Positions 12,198 through 27,720 are shown, numbered from the stretch's first letter. The stretch is 64,000 bases of DNA from Geosiphon pyriformis uo1 (GCA_016748015.1 JAAOMT010000198.1:232797-296796); one strand, 5' to 3'. A program made the numbers and translations. Notes: generated by a model from the sequence alone, not told the origin.

Positions 12198-15100
12198 TTT
12201 TTTTTTTTTTTTATTCAATTTAACGAGTAAGATCCAAACACTACCTAGTACAATACATCATACAATTGATCTAAACTAAGTGTGAATCATGCATTTTTTA
12301 CATGTAACCAGTTACTCAAGCTAGTCAGGACAACACTAAATACTTATATACACTGAAACTATGTTACCTACATTTAAAAAGAATAAACAAGACTTACGAA
12401 ACCCAAAACTAACACCAAATGCATCCACAATATCCAATAACCTAACCATACCAGCCGAAAGCACTGAAGAAGAACCAGAGATTGAAACAAGAACAGAGCC
12501 ATCATGCAAAATTATGCCATCTTTTTCCATAACAGCCTGGTGTTTAGCACATATTAGCCAAACATCATTATGAAACACAAGACAAAACTCATGCATAAAG
12601 ACCACAATATTCTAAGCTGTAATTTCAGAGTCTTTAAAAACAGCAACAAATTCACAATACCACTCCTTGAAAACAAAGCCCTTATACAGAGCTGTACCAA
12701 CTCCAACATTGGAGACACAAGTAGAAAGCAACTGTAAAACATATAAAGAAGAGCAAGATAAAACCAAGCATGTCTCCCAAGCAGATGCATGAACTTCCAC
12801 CAACCGAACATGACCAGCAGCATTAAATAAGCAGAAAAACACATGGTCCGAGACCTCAACATTACCACAGAATAGACATATCACTCTAAGGTAACTCCTA
12901 TTATAAAGACACTTACATACAGCAACCAGAAGATGATAATACAATGCCTTTATAAAATATGTTTAGAAGCCAGCAGTCTGAGTATTAGTAAAACCAACAG
13001 CCAAATAAAAGTCTGGATGCCATACCAAAGAAGATCTAAACCAATTAACATTAGCACACAGGCTGTCTACCAAGACCCAGAAACCAGAACCAACCTTCCA
13101 GTGCACACAGTAAACTGATTGGAAAACACTGTAAACAAAATGCCTAAAATTACCAGACACTGCAATACCACCAGTTCTGAAAAAATGTTTATCAATCATG
13201 TGAGGAAGATGCATATCAGAGAGCACAGCAGCTCCAGTGAAAGCATTAGCATGCTCATTGTCTAAGACACCAGAGTGACCCTTAACTTTAACCCAATTAA
13301 CTACCAAATTTATGTGACAAATAACATTAGCAATGTGGTAATACTCAATCCAACACTGATTCCTGAAATCTGGATGGATTAGCATGAATTTGGATTTGCA
13401 TACATCCAAAGCAGCCTGGCTGTCTAAGAACAAGTTGATCGAACGAGAAAAAGAAACACAGTCAAAAGCCAGAGCAATGGCCTGCAACTTTGCCATAGTA
13501 GAAGAAACCAACCCAGACACCTCCACATCCAAACTCAAATTAATGTCCTCAAAAAAAACAGCAGCACCAGCTTTCATACCAGGAGTACCCAACCCACTTA
13601 GAAAACCATTCATAAACAAAGAAAGATGACCTGAATTAACCCTTAACAGATGACTATACACAACTTCAAACTTATGAGACTCAAGAACATTAGACAAACC
13701 AACATCTGGCAACAGAAGATTGCAAACAAAAGATGGTCCAAAACCATTTAGAAAGCAAACAGAAACATTAAACCAATAAGAAACTGGGTCCCAAGGGTCC
13801 AATTTCTTCTACTGCTTAAAAGTCCTCTATTCAAAAACAGAACTCATATGACTGCAAAGCTGCTTAACAAAAGCAATTCCATAATGCCAAAGTAAAGAAA
13901 CACATTTGTGAAAAGTGGGCTTATTAAGAATAACAGACATAGGAGTTCCATTTTGAAAATGAAAAGCATTAGTTACAAGACCATCTAAAGAAAGGTCACA
14001 TCCCAAAAAAATCCAAACAACACCAGCCAAAAAATTATCTGAAGGATTGACATTAATATGAGAAGGAAAAAGCAGAGAGTGGCAAAGGCACCAGCTAAGA
14101 ACCTGCAAATTATGTGATCTATGTGCAAACAAACAGCCCAAGATACCAACAGAATTGGCAAAACTAACAACAAAAGCTGACTTGTCTTCAGCCTGAACCT
14201 GTTTAAAAGACTTCAAACCATACAGAGAAGAATAGTAAATAGTATTATTGGGAAAGTTGAGTGGCAAGCCAGATTTAGATTTTAAACTCTTGCAAATCAT
14301 AGTGTCCCACTTTACATACACATTAGTAGAAACAAAACTGAACTAAGTCCTGTAGGCAACAATGGAGTGGAAAACCACTGACACCAAATATGAGAACTGT
14401 TTGTTAGAGACAGCCTTTCTCAACACAAGATTGGTGAAAAATCAGACATCCAAATGAGCTTTAGCCAAGCTAGGCTTTGACAAACTCTTAGTAAACAGGA
14501 AAATGCCCAGGTATTAATAAGGCTCCTTCTTCTTAGCTATCAAAATGGGCAAACCACTGATCAGCAAACAAAGGTCAGAAACTCTGCAATTAATGAGAAT
14601 GGCCACTGTCTTGTCATTATTGATTGAAATGTCATTGATTCGAAAAAATTTGCTAGCAATATTGAGAATATGTTGTGTAGCAGCCTGGCTGTTACCAATC
14701 CAAATTGTGTCATCAATGAAAGCACCTACAGCAAAAAAAGAAGTCAAATCAGCCCAAGATTCAAAGTAACCAGTTTTGGTTATGAAACAAGAGTCCAACC
14801 TGTATCCACAGATACTTTCTTGTCTTTTGACTTTACACAAAAGAGGATCATAAAATATATGCCAAAGAAAAAGAGAAAACACCTCCCCTTGGTCCAAACC
14901 ATCATGTATCTGATATTCATTGGTCAACCCAAAATCTGTCATAACTTTGTTAACCTGACCATTGTGAATGCCACCAAAAAACTGAATGAACTTGTCACAC
15001 ATCTTTATCTTAACTAAACTCTTCCTTAGATGCTTCCAACCAACAGAATCATAAGCCTTTCGCATGTTCTGCAAAACCAACTACAGCTTATGGTTCTTTT

Positions 15101-18100
15101 TCAAGGCATTTTCAATGACTGATTCAATAGCAAAAATAGAAGACTGTGTAGTTGTACTTTTTAAAACAAAAAAATTATTCCCTCTTAGAACATTAAACTT
15201 ACTGTATGCAAAAAAAATTCTGTTTAAAAAAATCTTAGATAGAATTTTGTGAGCTGTTTCAATCAAAGCAATAGAACAGGTGTTTGTGAAAACATCTTTC
15301 CACTTATACAATTTGGAGATCATTAACACTCAAATCTCCTTCCAAGGCCCAAGAACAGATTCACAATCTAAACAAAGATTCAAAAGCACCAAAAGCATAT
15401 CCAAAACTGGTCTGTCACAATGTTTCCATAATTTATTTGAAATACCAAAGAAACCAGCCACTTTCTTATTAGGCAGATTTGAGATGACATCAGACATCTT
15501 ATTGAAGTCAATTGAGCACATTACACCAGAAAAAGCATTATCAAAAACATACTCCAAAGACTAATATTGGTGATGTCATACACCAGGAACATTAGAAACC
15601 ACATTGTGCTTTCTAGTCCATTCTTCCATGATTACATCCACCTTGGTTCTAACCAAATTAAGTTCCAAAACCAATTTATTATTCATGACCAGATGATTCA
15701 AAGTCACTTTGCGGAAGGGACATTCCAGCACACTCTTAATAGTATAACACTTGTTCAATTCAAAACTTTCCATCCTTTTATTTATTGCTGACCTAATACT
15801 AAATTTCCTAACACATTCCACTTCTGACATTTTGGAGAATCAATACAACTTTCTAACCTTAAACAAAACTGACCAAATGGTGTCAAAGGGGGAACCTAAC
15901 AGAAAAAGAGACTTTACCACAGAAGCATTAACCAAATCTAAACTCTCCCACTTGTCAAGCAAGGACATAAATTCTCCAAAAAAATCCAAACAAAATGCTT
16001 TAACTAACTTCAACACTAAGAGCTCTAGCTTGTAAAACTTGGATGACTCCTTAACAAAAATGCAATCATAGTCCTTGAACTACTTCTTCTTAAAAACTGC
16101 CTCAGCTGACCAACATAACACTTTATAGAGAGCAACCCACATTGCATTCAAGTCTGAACACATTCCGGCCACAAAAAAATCATCATAGAACATAGCAGCA
16201 TTTGCTGCCATATTATTTTTAAATTTGGCCTATTTAATATTATCCACACCTTTGCAATTGTATTTTCAACAATCCTTATTTGCCTGTTTGCGAACAGAGT
16301 TTAATTAGACATCAAGTAAACCACCTAAACCCACCAATACTGAGACAGTCTGATAATTAGTATCAAAGTATTTCTTAATACCAAACACACCACAACCCAT
16401 CACTACATTGACCAAGTTTGAAGAAATAAGCACATAATCAATTATCTTAACTACACCTTAAGAATTGGACTAAGTTAGTACTTTCCACAAAAGCTTCTAC
16501 CCAAGGCATTAACCAAACCAAAATTCAGGCATTTCTTGAAACTTGCATACTTACGAGAACTGTTTTCATTAAAATTATCTCTGATAATGACAAAAGAAGA
16601 TTCATTAACAGTCTTTGCTATAAGAGAGTTGATATTACCAGCCTGAGAAAACCAAGCCACTGAAGAGACACCAGTGTACAGCCCCAAAATTGACACTGAA
16701 AGTTTATTTTTGAAAAGCAACTTGATAGACAGGATCTGACCAGGCACTTCTAAAATTTTGCACACATGTCTCACCAAAAAAGAATCCATGACAATCACAA
16801 CACCAGCATCCAGATAACCAGATTCTAAACCAGAAGTAAATACCTGTATACCATTAAATTTGTTAACAATCCAGGAACAAATCTTCTCTTTTAACTTTGA
16901 TTTCATGAAAATAGAAACTAAATTGTTCTTTTTCTTATGCCAACAAATGATATCATCCTGTTTTGCAGGATTGTTCATTCCTCTAACATTACAAGTTGCA
17001 ACTTTCCAGATTATATCACTCATTGAGAAAGAAGAGAGGTAGAAACCAAACCAGCATTGTTTATTTTAGCTGAAAGGCTCATAACTGTGATCGAAAGATT
17101 GTTTAATGTTTCTTCCATTTTTAAGATAACTGTAGAATCAAAAACCACCACTTCCACAATAGTCTTACCACCAGTAGCCACACCCAAACTCTCACTCATC
17201 ACTATATCCGCCCCTTGATTCTGTAATGAAAGGGTCACCAATGGCTGATGTCCAGGACTAAGCTGGAAAACCATTGGCTCAAGTGTGTCCAACCTCTTAG
17301 CCAGTATGTCAACACACTCTGCGAGACTGGTGAGACTGTGCTCAAGAGTGGCAAACCTATCATTCAATTCCAAAGACACCAGCAGAGTAGGCTTTATCTC
17401 CAAAAAGAAGCCAGCTTTCAACAAAATATTCTGACCAGAAGGAGAAGAAAAAGAAGACTCACCAGCAATTTGTGCTCATGAGACACCACCAAAAGAAACA
17501 GAATGAGCAACTGGAACCAAGCATTTGATGTATATGGCAGCCAGCCTACTTTTATCCAAGTTTGAAAGAGTTTTCCATAATGAAGCACCAGAAGAAACAT
17601 ACTTTTTCTCATTAACAGAACAGGCCAATAATGTGTGGCCCAATTTTCTACACCCAGCACACTTGGCTGAAACAAGATAAGACCAGTGCAGATTTGCCTC
17701 TCTTAGAACAGGTGTGGTCTTTATAATAGCATCCAATGACTCAGCAGAATCAAAACAAACAGTAGTACACTTGGTCCAGGCATAAGAAACCAGGTAACAG
17801 TCAATTATGCAAGTTTTTCCACCCACTAAAACAACATAATCCCAAATATCATGTGCATTGGTTTCCATTGGCAGAGTGTACAAAAAGACTTTGTAAACAT
17901 CTCATGCATCCCAAAAATCTTTGTCCACATCAGATCTAACAACATGCACTGTATCTTTCTCAATCAGGATAGATCATTTTGCCACAACCAAATCAGCATG
18001 ATTAACCTGTTTAAATTCAACCACCATTTTTTGTCACAGTCCTACCAACTGCATCTTGATCAACTTAATTAATCTGAATTCAGATAGCACAGCACGCACA

Positions 18101-18965
18101 GCCTTTGTTAATGTTCCAATTGGAATTTCCTTTAACACCACAGTCTGATTTAAATGTCCAGATGATTTCTTGAGATTGGTGTTTACTAAAATCTTTGCTT
18201 CTTCAGTCTTTTTTGAAGTCTGCACCAAACTCAATTCAGAAGTGAATGTCACTCTAATAATTCCAGCAAATTTTAAGAGGATAGAGGCTCTTCCAAAACC
18301 ATTGATCTTAGAAAATAACTTTCTGATTATCACAAGCTTTTTCTGAGCAGATTTTCCAACAACATTGTCCAAACCAATGTCCAAAGCAAAAGATTTTCTA
18401 ACAAAAACATTAACCAATTTTTTCAAAGGGGGGGGGAAAACCACAGGTTTGTTTAAAAAAATGTCATCACTATCATTGCCCAAAAAGTCAATCTTCCTTA
18501 GTGGCTTACTCAGTGCTTTTTTGGTTAAAATTTTTGAACTTTTAGGAATTTGTTCCAAGTTTCTACCAGCAAGAATGCCATCTTCTCTATAATCAATGCT
18601 AGTTTCTTCAACCAAAAATTTCTCCTTTATGTCTACACTATCTGATTCAGTAGTATCACCAGTTTCAGAACCCCAAGAATGACCACTTGACACCTTAGCA
18701 GTAGTGAATTTCCTATTACCAATATTATTCTCCAAAGCATTACCTCTCTTCTTTTTTCTAGACTCAGCAGACTTAACACCAATGTTGAAACCAGGCTCCA
18801 TAATAGATTTGTTCAGAATGACAATACTAGAGTTAATGGTGGCTTCGTAATCAAGCAAAAATGGTTTGGATTTAATAGACTGAATGATGAAAAAAAAAAA
18901 CTTCTTTTAAAAAATACTTTGGCTCTTTTTTGGGAATTTGGGATAAATGAGAGAAAAAAGTTTTT
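12198..18965 (-). mobile_element. LINE copy B, near full length, inactivated; ORF1 ~18800-17020, ORF2 17023-12336 (APE-RT-RNase H-CCHC)
   Basis: ORF1 zinc knuckle CAGCRKLGHTLLAC; ORF2 WKVATCNVRGMNNPAKQ (APE), LQNMRKAYDSVGW, GLDQGEVFS, AFIDDTIW (RT), WVKVKGHSGV (RNase H); poly(T) at 12198; many in-frame stops. Confidence 0.95.
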
Positions 18966-19305
18966 GAAAAATTAATAATGAATATATAAAAAATTATAAA
19001 AAAAACAATACAAAATATTGATAATAAGTATTAAAAAACATACTTAAAATATTAATAATAAATATTTAAAATATATATAAAAAAAACCAATTACTTATTA
19101 TAAAATATAATAAAAAATTGGCTTAATAAAAAATTTATATATATATTTAATTATATTAACTATTTATATATATTAAATTAATTAATTCAATTATAAACTT
19201 ACTTAATATGTTTTTTTTTAAAAACTAATAATTTAAATAATCAAATTTTAAATGATTAAATTTAAAACTTTAATTATATATTAATAATACCAATTATAAT
19301 TATAA

Positions 19306-20455
19306 TTTTTTTATTATTATCAATTTTATAAGTAAAATTTAATTACTATTTAACATACAAAAATAAATTAAATAGTTCAGATTAAATATGATTTATATAC
19401 TTACTACATATGATTAGCTATTTAAACCAAACAAAACAATACTATATACTTATATAAATATTAATATTACTGTTTAAACCAAAAAAAAAGAACAAAGTTT
19501 ATGTTTATTAAAACTAATAGCAAAAAACTTAATAATTTTAAGTAATTAAATCATCTTATTTAATAAACTTTTTACAAAATTATACAACAAATCTAACACC
19601 AAACTACTATTTTATATCAAATTAACTTTTTCTATATTCACTTTATATTTAGACTTAACAAGCTATATTTTTGACCAATAATACTTTATTAGTTGTTTTA
19701 TAAATTTAACAACAGTTAAAATTGCCTTTTTTTTGTCTTTAAAAACCATAACAGTTTTAATACACTAATTTTTTAATATAAAATTTTTATAAATTATTAT
19801 ATATAAGTTTATATTTAAGATATACTTAGAAAAAATTCCCAAAACAACAGAAAAAAAAAACATAGAAATACTTATTAGCAAAATCTAAAGTTTAAAAATC
19901 TTTATCAATATTTTTTTCCAAATATTAACATTCTTAATACAAATAAAAACATAATCTAACAACTCTATTTTACTATATAATAAATACAATACACTTAGAT
20001 AAGTTTTATTATATAGTTTTTTTCTAATTGCTTATGGATAGCTTTTATTAAATATATATACAGATTAGCAAATTTTTTGCTAATAAGTTTAGACAGTATA
20101 TGTGAATTAAAATATTATGCTTGTATAATAAACAATCAATCTATCTTTTTAATTAAAGCACTTAAAATTACATCACAGCTAAGACCAGTTTTCTATTAAG
20201 CATAACAAATTAAATTATATATATTGTAAACAAAATAATAAATATTGTTAGATATAATTGTATTATTACTTTTTATATAACATTTATGCACTCTAATCAA
20301 CAAAAAAAACAGTAAGTAAACAATTTTACTTGTTAATAGATTGGCTTTAACATTGTTTAAAACTCTTAAATAATCCTTAATCTTTATTTATTTAATAAAT
20401 AAATTCTTATTTTTAATTAAATTAGCAATATGCTTTTTTTTACCTAATTATAATT
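19306..20455 (-). mobile_element. LINE copy B2, 5'-truncated and extremely eroded (absent from the ORF track)
   Basis: Minus-strand reading KKLYNKTYLSVLYLLYSKIELLDYVFI matches the family motif KRLYDKxYPSVLCLxCGEVExxDHVFxC; an eroded 3' UTR and T-tail lie at 19306-19440. Confidence 0.8.
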
Positions 20456-20940
20456 AATATAATCAAAATAAATAAATTAATTGTATTTTTTAGTAAACTA
20501 TTTTTGAATAAAATATTAAATTATATAAATAAAAATATGTAAAAATTCTAAAACATAATAAAATTTGTTATTATTAAATTATATATGTTAATTTTTAATT
20601 TTTATTAATATTTTTTAATTTGTTAAAATTTTTTATATTTAATTTAATTAAATAGTTAAATTATATTATATTTTATTATTGTAATTAAACTAATTATTAT
20701 TTTTTTATTATTGGTTAATTTTGTTAATTAAATACAATAATATAATTTTTTTTATATGATCTTAATAATAATTTTTATAGTATATATTGTAATTTTTGTA
20801 TTAAAAAATATAAAAATGCTTTAATTTTTATTTAATTAGCTTGATTTTTAAAATTAAATAACTTAATAAGCCAATTAAACAAGATTTTATGCAAAAATAT
20901 GATTTGTTTTGCTTTTAGAATTAATAATAATTTAATATAT

Positions 20941-23900
20941 TTTTTTATTATTATTATTTAACGAGTACAGTCTAACCACTATCTAGTACACAGAAACAAA
21001 GCAAAATGAATCAAACTAAATGTGGCTCATGTGCTTTCTATACATAACCAACCACTCGGACCAATCAAGGCAGCACTACACACTCACAAAAACTTCATTA
21101 CTATTATTCAGACCTGAAAAAAACAAATACTGGCTCCTAAAACCAAAATTAATAGCAAAAGACTCAATTATACCAAGTATATGAACCACACACTTAGATA
21201 GCAGACTAGACAAATCATGTAGAAGAGCAAAAATTTCACCTGTATCACAAACCAAACTACTCTTTTCCATGTTAACCCGAAATTTAGATCTTAACAACCA
21301 CATTCTACTATGATGACTCTTGGCCAAAGGGCGAACAAAATTGATGACAATTGGAATGGCACTCTTCCTATCTCCAAAGACAGCAACAGTTTCTCTAATC
21401 CAATCTACTAAAACAAAATCTTTGCACAACATAGTGTATACACTGTCATTTAAGGCCTCTGCAAAAATAAGAAGCACCAAAGATGAAACCGAGAAATGAT
21501 TGTCTACTAAAGACTTCTATAAATTAATATGACCGAAGATAATCTTAGAACACACCACCAAATCAGTGGAGCAAGTAAAAGCATGGTCAGAAAATTCAAT
21601 ATTACCACACATTAGGCACAAAACACTTGGGTAGCACTTGTCATACAATCTTTTTCAGATGGCCACTGGCAATCTCCTATGCACAGCCTTCATTAAATAA
21701 GTACGTAATACAGCTGACTTTTTACTAGTAAATTCTGCCAACATATAAGAGTCAAAATGCCAAACAGAGGCAGTATATTCTCAGTCAACATGCTGGATGT
21801 CTGAACTGTTCAAAACATTAGCTCTAGGCCCAGCCTTCCATAAAGCCCAGTTTACAGCATGGTAAATATCACAAATAAAATAATAAACATTACCAAAAAT
21901 GGTAAGACCATCTGCCATAAAGAAACTATTAGAAATGCCAACAGAAAGAACTAATTCTGAATGTGCTGTGGCATAAACAAGAGCATCTGCATGATTATTG
22001 TCTACAATGTCTGAATGTCTTTTTACCTTAATCCATTTCACTGAAATGTCTTTTGATCTGATTAAATTAGAAATATGACACCTCTCCACTCAGCAACTAT
22101 TTTGAAAGTTGGGTTAGCACAATTTACTTTCCTGCACACAAGCATCCAAAGCTGCTTGGCTATCCAAATAAAACACTATAGAGCATGATGAAGGAATACA
22201 CTCTAATGCCAAGGCAATAGCCTGCAGCTCAGCTAAAGTAGATAATAGCAAACCCTAAACTCTAATACTCACACCCAAACCAATCTTAGAAAAGAAAGCT
22301 GCTGCCCCACAAGCCACATTTCTTGTACCCAGACCACTTAACAAACCATTAATATATACGTTTAGCTCTCCAGTCCAGACTTTATGCAAATGCTTACAAG
22401 CATACAAGTATACATCTGAGCATAAAAAATTAGAGTATTTCACACCAGCTTTGCATACCCCAAATTGTGCCAAATAATTATTCATATGCACAAAAGTTTT
22501 AACAAATCATGATGGCACTGGACTCCTAGGACTTAATCTTTTCCAATGCCAAAAAGTCTTCTAATCCATAACATAACCATGCTTAGTAACTAGAACATCC
22601 CCAAAAGCAACACCAAAACACTTTAAGGAATGCACCATATCAAAATAATCAACAGTTCCAAGAATTTTAGACATTGGAAAGCAATTAGACTCACGGAATG
22701 CACAAGGTATATGATTGAACAAAGAAACATTTACATCAATAAAAATTCTCACAACTTCTACCAGAAAGTTATTCAAAGGACACACTCTCAGTTTGACTGA
22801 ATGGCACAAAAGATGAAGGGGTGCCCACCCCAAAATTTGCAAATTCAAAGCATGGTGTAAAAACAAACAACCAAAAATTCTAAATGTGTTAAAAAAACCA
22901 ACCACTAAGACAATTTTGGATTCAGTCTGCACCTGCTTAAAAAACTTTAGACCATACAAAAACAGATGATACAAGGCCTTATTAGAGAAGTTTTTTGGCA
23001 ACAAAGCCTTAGATTTAAGACTCTTTCTTACTAAAACATCTCACTTTCGACACACACTTTTGGTAACAAAACTAAACTGCATATGATAACAAATAATAAA
23101 CTGGAAGACTGCTAAAACCAAATAAGAAAATTGTTTATCTGTTACCACTTTCCTAAAAACCATATTTGAAAAAAATCTAACATCCACATGAGTTTTGGAT
23201 AGACTTGGTTTTGACAGACCCTCTATCGACAAAAAGACACCTAGGTATCTATGGGACTCACCTCTTTGTGCTATTGAGATAAGCTCACCACTAATAAACA
23301 AAGATGTATTTGCCACTCTCAGGTTGATGAGAATGGCCACAGTTTTGTCATTGTTAATAGAAATATTATTGAGCTCAAAAAACTCACTCATAATATTCAA
23401 AATGTATTGTGTTGAAGCCTAACTGTTCCTCACCCAAATCATATCATTAACAAAAGTACCAGCCACAAAGAATGAAGACTTACCCCCACTAGATTCAACT
23501 CTGCCCAATTTCGCCACAAAATTCAAATTGATCTTATAACCACACAATTGTTTCTGCCTTTTAATCTCACATAACAAAGGGTCATAAAAAATTCTCCAAA
23601 AAAGTAGAGAAAAGACCTTACCTTGATCCAAATCATCATGGACCACATAATCATCTGAAAGACCAAAGTCAGTCATAATTTTATTAACTCTGTTCATGTA
23701 AATCTCACCAAAAAACTTAATAAATCTGCCACACATCTTGATGCATTCCAAACAAATCTTTAAATGATACCAACTGACTGAATTATATGCTTTTTGCATA
23801 TCCTGTAACACCAACCAAATTTCATGACTCTTTTCCAAAGCATCTTTTACAACTAAGCCAATGGCAAAAATGAGAGACTGAGTTGAAATGCCTTTTAAGA

Positions 23901-26900
23901 CTGAGAAATTGTTACCACACAGAATGCCAAACTTGCTGCACGCAAATAAAATGCAATCTGACAAAATTTTTCTCGTAGTCTCAATTAGTGCTATTGGTCT
24001 GGTATTGGTCAAAATTTCATTTCAGTTATAAGATTTGGGGATCATGAAAACTCATGCCCTTTTCCAAGAAGCAGGAATATTACCAGCCTTTAAACAAAAA
24101 TTCAACAAATTCAAAAGACAAGCCAATATATTATTACCATATTGTTTTCACAACTTATTAGATATGCTGGAAAGACCGGCTTTGTCATTGGACAACTCAC
24201 TGACCACCAAGAACAATTCACTCAAATCAATATCATTCATCACTTCTAAGAAAGCAGTACCATCCACATGCTCTAATGGGGCATATTGACAAGCCCACAA
24301 ACTAAGCAAAACAGAAGAGATCTTTTTTTTGCAAGTCCAATTCACCATAATCTCATCAACTTGGAATTTTACTTCCTTAGGTTCTAAAATTAACTTATTC
24401 CCAATTACCAGATAATCCAAAACAACTTTGCAAAATGATCACTTTAGAACACTTCTGATCATTCTATCTTTATTTGAACTGAAACTTTCCATCTATTTAT
24501 CAATCACATCTTTGATGTGTCCATTCCTGACAAGCTTGGCTTCATAGTATTTGGACTTCTGATAATTCTTCTTGACCATCAACAAATGCACAAACAACAT
24601 ACTCACCCTCAAACCACCCTGAAACAAACCAATAAATTTAGATGTCTTAGCATTATCATGAGTTAACCAAATCTGAACAAAATGATCAAACTCTGACATG
24701 TGATCAGAACTCAAACACTTCACAATTTTAGCAACCAAAGATTTCAATCTGAAAATTTTCAAAGACTATTTACTTCTTGGGCAGTCAAATTCACAGAACC
24801 AATATTTTGAAAACACCTCATTTGCTGAATCATATATTGTCCCTCTCAAAGCCTCCCACATTCCATTTAAGTCCACTCTCTTTTTTGCAACTAAAAAAAA
24901 ATCTAAAAATACAGCCAACTTGGCTGAAGAAAGTTCTTTGAAACACACCTATTTGGCTGTACTTGCATTCTTAATCCTAAATTTCCACTTGTTTTTATTA
25001 GCCTGTTTATGAGTGCTGTTTAAATGGGCATCCACCAAACCTCCTAACTCCATTGAGATCCCAACTATATCATGATTAGTATCAAAATAATCAAACACCG
25101 AAATGACTTTGCACCCAACAAAATCTTGTTTACAAAAATATAGTCAATAACTTTCTTAGCCCCTTGAGAATTGCTCTAAGTGCTACATTTACTTAAAAAA
25201 GATTCTCTTAAAGCATTAACCAGGCCTAGGTCTGAACATTTCTTGAAACTGGCACACCTTCTATTTTCATCTTTGTTAAAGTTGCCACCAAGAATCACAA
25301 ACAAACTCATATTAATGGCCTTGGAAATGAGCAAATTGACACCAAAAGCTTGAGCAAACCTCATTTTGGCTGAAGTACCAGCATACAAACCAAAAAACAT
25401 AACCAAAAGCTTATTTTTGAACAACAAATGAACTGAAACAACTTAGCCAGAAATTTCTTCAATCTTAGAAACATGCTGAGCTAGTAAATTATTCATCACA
25501 ATAGCCACACCTGCACCAAAAAATTCCTCCACCAGGCCAGAAGTAAAAATTTTAACTCTTTCAAACTTGTTCTTGACCCATGTCTCAGCATTCAATTTCA
25601 ACTTAGTCTCAGTAAGAAAAGAAACCATATTACCAGACTTTAAGTGTCAATGAACAATATCTTCCTGCTTTGCTGGATTGGTCATACCCCTAACATTGCA
25701 CATAGCAATCTTTCATACTAAGTTAATCATTGAGAAGCAGAAAACACTCAAAAACCCAAGCCAGCACACAACTCATCTAACTTCACTAAAACTAAACCAA
25801 TTGAGGCTTCAAGAGCCACCAACTTGGACTCCAAACAGTCCACTTTAGTTGTCAAAATTTTTGAGCTATTAAGGCCCAGAGCTGGAGCAACAGGAAAAAA
25901 CATAGGCACAACTACAGAACTATCCAAAACCATATCTAAATTTGAATTCAAATTAACATTCATTGGGACAACTGAAAGACCAGAAAAAGGAGAGGGAACC
26001 AAAGGCATCAGTTTTATGCTGTTGAGTTTGTGCACAATGTTAGAAATCTGATCACTCAAGAGCTTCAAGGAGCATTCCAAAGAGACCAGACAAGCATTCA
26101 AAGATGAATTATTGGTCAGAACAAAAGGAAAACCACCACTCAAACCTGAGGCACCAGAAGAAAAGAAACCAGAACCAGAACCAGAATCAAACTAAAAACC
26201 ACCAAAAGAAGATACAGAAGAGACTATTTGAGCCCATGATTTGCCACCAAAAGCAGCAGAGCAGAAAATAGAAATATTCTTCTTGGCATATAATCTGGCT
26301 AATTAAATATGATTCACATTAGAAGCATTTCTTTTAAAGAGTTTTTTTGAAGAAACAGACACCAGAGTGCCAGAAGCATTATATTCCAAAGCCAAGTGTC
26401 CAGACTTCCCACACTTTTCACACCAAACCAAGTTCAATCTAGTCCAAGAAAGTCTCACACCACCAAAAATTGGCTCAGTGCAAAATGCAGACTCAAGTCC
26501 ATCTTCAGAGTCAAAACCAACTACAGTATAGTGAATCCGGTTGCCAGTCTCCAGAAAATGATTGATTACACAAGTTTTCCCACCAGCCCCTTCTAAAAAA
26601 GTACCAAGATCATGCGCAGTTGTTCCCACTAGCAAAGTAAACAAAAGTGCCCTAAAGTGATCCCTAGACATCCAAGTATCCTGATCTTTTATGGCCATAG
26701 TTACATGCACTGAGTCCTTCCTGATGAGAAAAGATCATCTTAATGCCAGTTGCTTAGCCTGCTCCAATTCAGCGAATTCTACCACAGCCTTTTGTCACAT
26801 TCCAATCAGCTAAATTTTGATTGACTTAATAACACTAAATTCAAATATTGTGGTGACAATCATCTCCTTTGGTGTATTTATGGAAATTTCCTTGATTATT

Positions 26901-27720
26901 ACAGCCCAATCTGAACAAATTTCTTGTTTTTTGAGATTATTGTTTATGATGATTTCCTTCTCTCTGACCAATGATATAGCCTTAATTAAGCTTTCTTCAG
27001 AAGTAAATGTTGATCAAATGATCCCTTTAAATTTTGAAGATATAGTGGCCCCCTCCAAAACCATTGACTAATGAAAAAAATTTTCTGATAAATTGAGTCT
27101 TTGCTGTTACTAATTTCTCTTCTACAGCACTAAAATTAATGTCAAAAGCAAAAAACTTAATAACAGATACTTCAACTTGAGATTTGACAATTTTTGGGTC
27201 AACCTATTTTTTTTTAAGAGAGATTTTAAAAAAAGGAGAAAGGGGCCCAACATTTTCATTCATACCATAATCAATTGAGCCAAGAGGAGAGCCACAGACC
27301 AGGTCAGTATTTACTCTTTTTACTTTAGGGGTGTTTGTCACCAAACCAAGAAAAAAACCATTACCAACATCAAAAGAAACATTATTGTCCTTATTATCAC
27401 CAGATACACTGTCCATATCTGAATACACACCATGACTAGGATTAGGTTTGACCAAAGAGATATCTTTTTCATCTTCAGAATGCTTAATATTACCAATAGA
27501 AACTCTCTTTTTTTGGGAGAAAGAACTCTTAACAGGACCATAAAAAACCTCTATGGGTGCTTTTTTCTTAGATATAGCACTACTTAAAGCAGCAGTTAGG
27601 TTCACCACAAAAGGATTATTTGATTGAGAAATGTTTGCAAGAAATAGCAAAAAAAATAAAAACTTTTTTTTTGAAAAAATTGCTTTTTAGGGTTTTTTGG
27701 AAGTAAAAAAGAAAGAAGTT
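20941..27720 (-). mobile_element. LINE copy C, near full length, inactivated; ORF1 ~27620-25727, ORF2 25730-21076
   Basis: CEKCGKSGHLAL knuckle; TNTRPIALIETTRKIL, LQDMQKAYNSVSW, TFVNDMIW; 3' UTR followed by a (TAA)n/A tail. Confidence 0.95.
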
